Source: Mycoplasmatota bacterium (GTDB lineage: Bacteria > Bacillota_I > Bacilli_A > RF39 > UBA660). From it: a stretch of DNA of 64,000 nucleotides. The position numbers and the translations under genes were made by a program. Below, in pieces: positions 60,642-64,000 of the stretch; the stretch's first letter is position 1, and every line of letters begins with the position of its first letter. The notes under the pieces were generated by a model. That model had not been told where the DNA came from, searched no databases, and saw only the letters and a list, made by a program, of their open reading frames with translations. The DNA is taken from NCBI GenBank assembly GCA_044432805.1, contig JAWXUI010000003.1, forward strand, positions 40,013 to 104,012, written 5' to 3'.

Positions 60642-61085
60642 ATGAAATTACATACATTAAGCCCAAATGAAGGGGCAACAAAAACAAGAAAAAGAGTTGG
60701 TCGTGGAACAGGTTCTGGACTAGGTAAAACTAGTGGACGTGGACAAGACGGACAAAAATCAAGAAGTGGTTATAGCCACAAACCTGGATTTGAAGGTGGG
60801 CAATTACCTTTATATCGTAGATTACCAAAACGTGGATTTTCTAACGCTAAATTTAAAACTAAATATGCAGTAATTAACTTAAGTGATTTAAATAAATTTG
60901 AAGATGGAGCTGTAGTAACTCCTGAATTGTTAAAAAACATGGGAATGTTAAAAAATCAACTAGATGGTGTTAAAGTATTAGGATATGGTACTTTAGAAAA
61001 AAAATTAACTGTAAGTGCTAATAAATTTTCTGCACTTGCAAAAGAAGAAATAGAAAAATTAGGTGGAAAAGTAGAGGTGATCTAA
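60642..61085 (+). CDS. rplO: 50S ribosomal protein L15.
   Basis: It has a Gly/Arg-rich N-terminus. It directly follows rpsE, with no rpmD between. Confidence 0.95.
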   Translation: MKLHTLSPNEGATKTRKRVGRGTGSGLGKTSGRGQDGQKSRSGYSHKPGFEGGQLPLYRRLPKRGFSNAKFKTKYAVINLSDLNKFEDGAVVTPELLKNMGMLKNQLDGVKVLGYGTLEKKLTVSANKFSALAKEEIEKLGGKVEVI

Positions 61086-61086
61086 T

Positions 61087-62355
61087 ATGTTTGCGCAAAT
61101 TAAGCAAATATTTAATCCCAAAAATAGAGATTTGTTAAACAAAATCCTATATACATTTGCAGCCTTATTCATATTTAAATTAGGTACTTCAATTGTTGTG
61201 CCTGGTTATGATCAAAGTGGTATCAATAGTTTAGGATTTCTTGAACTAATAAATATTATGGGTGGTGGAGCACTAGAGCAATTTTCAATATTTGCGCTAG
61301 GAGTAATGCCATATATAACAGCTTCAATTATTATGCAACTAATTCAAATGCTAGAGGTTATTCCTTATTTGACTGAACTTTCAAAACAAGGAGCAACAGG
61401 TAGAAATAAATTAAATTCAATAACTAGATGTGTTGGTATAGGTTTAGCGTTTATACAGGGGTATATGATTTCATTTACATTTGTTCCAAACGGAGACCCA
61501 ATACAACTACTTCAATTTTCATTAGTGCTTACAGCAGGAACTGCTTTCCTACTTTGGTTAGGAGATCAAATTACTGCAAAAGGCATCGGAAATGGTATAT
61601 CATTAATAATTATGGCTGGAATTATTTCAACACTACCAAGCATGTTTGTAAGTGCTTATGATAGCATCGTAAACGGTTTGAGTAGTTCACAATTTATGGG
61701 AATATTATCTTTTATACTATTTGTAGTAGCTTATATAGCGATTGTAATTGGAATTATTTTTGAAGAAACTGCTGAAAGAAGAATCCAAGTACAATATGCA
61801 AATAAAACAACTGGAACAGTTGGTGGAAATAAAAGTTATATACCATTTAAATTAAACTCCGCAGGAGTTGTACCTGTAATATTTTCATCAGCACTTATAA
61901 GTATTCCAAGTGTTATAGCTGAATTTATAAATAGTGAAGGATTAGCTACTTTTGTAACTAACTGGATTAATTATACAAGCGTAACTGGATTTATACTTTA
62001 TGTGTTATTAATTGTAGGATTTGCATATTTCTATGCATTTATGCAATTAAAACCTCATGATATAGCTGAAAATTTACAAAAAAATGGTGGGTTTATTCCT
62101 GGGGTAAGACCTGGAGATGCCACTGAAAAGCATATAACTGATATAATCTCAAGACTTACTTTAGTAGGTGCTATATTCATAGCGATACTTGCTGGAATAC
62201 CAGTTATCTTCGGAACAATTACCGGACTTAATTCAATAACACTAGGTGGTACTGGATTATTGATCGTAGTAGGTGTTGCCCTAGAAACTTATCGTCAAAT
62301 TCAAAGTGAATTAACGACAAGAGAATATGCAAAAGGAAGAAGACGAAGAGCTTAA
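61087..62355 (+). CDS. secY: Preprotein translocase SecY.
   Basis: 422 aa with 10 TM segments and the conserved plug and TM2-TM7 segments. Confidence 0.95.
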   Translation: MFAQIKQIFNPKNRDLLNKILYTFAALFIFKLGTSIVVPGYDQSGINSLGFLELINIMGGGALEQFSIFALGVMPYITASIIMQLIQMLEVIPYLTELSKQGATGRNKLNSITRCVGIGLAFIQGYMISFTFVPNGDPIQLLQFSLVLTAGTAFLLWLGDQITAKGIGNGISLIIMAGIISTLPSMFVSAYDSIVNGLSSSQFMGILSFILFVVAYIAIVIGIIFEETAERRIQVQYANKTTGTVGGNKSYIPFKLNSAGVVPVIFSSALISIPSVIAEFINSEGLATFVTNWINYTSVTGFILYVLLIVGFAYFYAFMQLKPHDIAENLQKNGGFIPGVRPGDATEKHITDIISRLTLVGAIFIAILAGIPVIFGTITGLNSITLGGTGLLIVVGVALETYRQIQSELTTREYAKGRRRRA

Positions 62356-63005
62356 TGAGAGGAATTATATTAATTTCTCCAACAGCCGGAGGCAAAGGTA
62401 CTTTATCTTCTACTTTAAAAGAAAAATACAATATACCACATATTTCGATAGGAAATTTGCTAAGAGATGAAATTTCTAGTAAATCAACTATAGGTAATGG
62501 AATAAATGAAATTATTGGTAAAGGTTTATTAGTAAGTGATGAAATAATTTTCAAACTTATAGAAAATCGTTTATCAAATGATGACTGTAAGAAAGGTTAT
62601 ATTCTAGATGGTTTTCCAAGAACGATAGACCAAGCAATATTTTATGACGATTTATTAAAAAAATTAAATTTACAAAAAAATATAATTTTTGTATTAGATG
62701 TTAAAAAAGAAATATTACAAAAAAGAATATTAGGACGAGTATCTTGTCCCAACTGTGATGCAGTCTATAATGAATTGATTGAGGAATCAAATCCTAAAGT
62801 AAGCGGAATATGTGATAGATGTCAAACAAAATTATTCAAACGGAATGATGATAATTTAGAATCTTTTGAAACAAAGTTAAATATTTACTACGAGGAATCA
62901 AGTAAAATTTTAAAACATTATAAAGAAGATTTTGTTGTCATACGTTCTTTAGATTCTAAAGAAATATTAAACGAAGTTAGTATTATTTTAGAAAGGGTGA
63001 ACTAG
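62355..63005 (+). CDS. adk: Adenylate kinase (zinc-lid type).
   Basis: It has a GGKGT P-loop and a lid with CPNC…CDRC. It lies between secY and map. Confidence 0.85.
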   Translation: MRGIILISPTAGGKGTLSSTLKEKYNIPHISIGNLLRDEISSKSTIGNGINEIIGKGLLVSDEIIFKLIENRLSNDDCKKGYILDGFPRTIDQAIFYDDLLKKLNLQKNIIFVLDVKKEILQKRILGRVSCPNCDAVYNELIEESNPKVSGICDRCQTKLFKRNDDNLESFETKLNIYYEESSKILKHYKEDFVVIRSLDSKEILNEVSIILERVN

Positions 63006-63006
63006 T

Positions 63007-63753
63007 ATGATAAATATTAAATCACCAAGAGAAATTAATTTGCTAGAAATTGCTGGAGAAATAACTGGAGATACACATAATTTTTTAAAAAGTTATATAA
63101 AACCAGGTGTTAGTACAGAAGAACTAGACAAATTAGCTTATGACTACATAATAAGTCGTGAGTGTACTCCTTCATTTAAAGGATATGGAGGATTTCCTGG
63201 ATCAATATGTGCATCAGTTAATGATGAAGTTGTTCATGGAATTCCTTCTAAACGTATTCTTAAAAAAGGAGATATAATATCTATTGACATTGGTGTTTGT
63301 TATAAAGGATATCATGGAGATTCAGCTTGGACTTATAAAGTTGGAACTGTATCAAAAGAAAAAGAGTATCTTTTAGAACATACTAAAAATTCTCTATTTG
63401 AAGGTCTTTCAAAAGTAAAAGAAGGAAATAAAATAGGTGATATAGGCGATGCAATAGAACAATATGCTAATAAATATAAATTAGGTATTGTAAAAGAACT
63501 AGTTGGACATGGAGTTGGTTCAAAACTTCATGAAGAACCAGATATTCCAAATTATGGAAAAAAGAACACCGGGCCTCTCTTAAAAGAAGGTATGGTTTTA
63601 GCAATTGAACCAATGTTAAATTTAGGAACTGCAAATGTTTGCATATTAGATGATGATTGGACAATTGTAACAGAAGATGGAAGTCCGTCAGCGCATTTTG
63701 AACATACCGTTCTAGTGCAAAAAGATGGATATAAAATTTTAACAAAGAGGTGA
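63007..63753 (+). CDS. map: Methionine aminopeptidase type I.
   Basis: It has a pita-bread fold with His/Asp/Glu metal ligands (HGIP, DIG, HG.G, E.M). Confidence 0.93.
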   Translation: MINIKSPREINLLEIAGEITGDTHNFLKSYIKPGVSTEELDKLAYDYIISRECTPSFKGYGGFPGSICASVNDEVVHGIPSKRILKKGDIISIDIGVCYKGYHGDSAWTYKVGTVSKEKEYLLEHTKNSLFEGLSKVKEGNKIGDIGDAIEQYANKYKLGIVKELVGHGVGSKLHEEPDIPNYGKKNTGPLLKEGMVLAIEPMLNLGTANVCILDDDWTIVTEDGSPSAHFEHTVLVQKDGYKILTKR

Positions 63754-63757
63754 TATT

Positions 63758-63973
63758 ATGGCTAAAGACAATACAATCGAAGTAGATGGAAAAGTATTAG
63801 AAATAATACCGGGTGGACAATTCAAGGTAGAACTTGAAAATAAACATACTGTAATAGCTCACGTTTCTGGTAAAATGCGTATGAATCACATTCGTATCTT
63901 ACCAGGTGATACAGTAACTATAGAACTGTCAACATATGACTTAACACGTGGGCGAATAACCTATAGAAAGTAG
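63758..63973 (+). CDS. infA: Translation initiation factor IF-1.
   Basis: 71 aa with an S1-like OB fold. Confidence 0.95.
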   Translation: MAKDNTIEVDGKVLEIIPGGQFKVELENKHTVIAHVSGKMRMNHIRILPGDTVTIELSTYDLTRGRITYRK

Positions 63974-63984
63974 GAGGGAATTTT

Positions 63985-64000
63985 ATGAAAATAAAACCAT
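63985..64000 (+). CDS. rpmJ: Probable start of 50S ribosomal protein L36, truncated by the window end.
   Basis: A GGAGGG RBS precedes ATG AAA ATA AAA CC (MKIKP…), and rpmJ follows infA in the canonical order. Confidence 0.4.

Noticed and set aside
1280-63745. Dozens of 60-130-aa ORFs in the six-frame track lie inside or antisense to large conserved genes. Examples are 1280..1486, 2624..2869, 3759..4004, 27245..27895, 30011..30658, 53681..53911 and 63467..63745.
   Set aside because: They overlap confidently identified housekeeping CDSs on the opposite strand or in another frame. They have low-complexity, Leu/Phe/Ile-rich, AT-codon-driven composition and no RBS. They are expected spurious ORFs in AT-rich DNA.
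1-64000. A Mollicutes-type genetic code (TGA read as Trp), suggested by the extreme AT content.
   Set aside because: Long conserved proteins such as gyrA, mfd, ftsH and secY are intact under the standard code. Trp is encoded by TGG, and TGA appears where stops are expected.

Overview
This is a strongly AT-rich, low-GC Firmicutes-type chromosomal window. It uses the standard genetic code: TGG encodes Trp, TGA serves as a stop codon, and long housekeeping ORFs read through intact. The window spans the replication origin. On the minus strand lies the classical oriC-proximal block, in order: ung, tilS, ftsH, ychF, several transporters, mscS, parB, parA, a noc-like gene, rsmG, mnmG, mnmE, jag, yidC, rnpA and rpmH. 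A DnaA-box cluster follows, and after it the plus-strand dnaA, dnaN, a comK-like gene, recF, gyrB and gyrA. Downstream of gyrA there is a 1.3-kb ORF-free island of diverged tandem repeats of about 290 bp, each carrying a GTTTCACGTGAAAC palindrome (the last copy is degenerate). Next come a putative SRP RNA, tadA, dnaX, ybaB, recR, holB, ricT, a tRNA methyltransferase gene, rsmI, pth, mfd, an inverted CBS-pyrophosphatase gene with an unknown gene, a spoVT-like gene, a T-box leader with metG, tatD, a yabE-like gene and ksgA. The window ends with rpsF, ssb and rpsR, a licD-family insert, and the S10-spc-alpha ribosomal protein cluster running from rpsJ to infA, with secY, adk and map. No ribosomal protein L30 gene is present. 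I found no CRISPR, rRNA, tRNA, IS element or phage genes. The most unusual elements are listed below.
- The palindrome-bearing tandem-repeat island after gyrA.
- A ComK homolog wedged between dnaN and recF.
- A Noc-like ParB paralog with a roughly 240-aa disordered insertion.
- A three-copy GC-cored palindrome, TATTTCCCGGGAAATA.
- A licD gene inserted between the S6 operon and the S10 operon.
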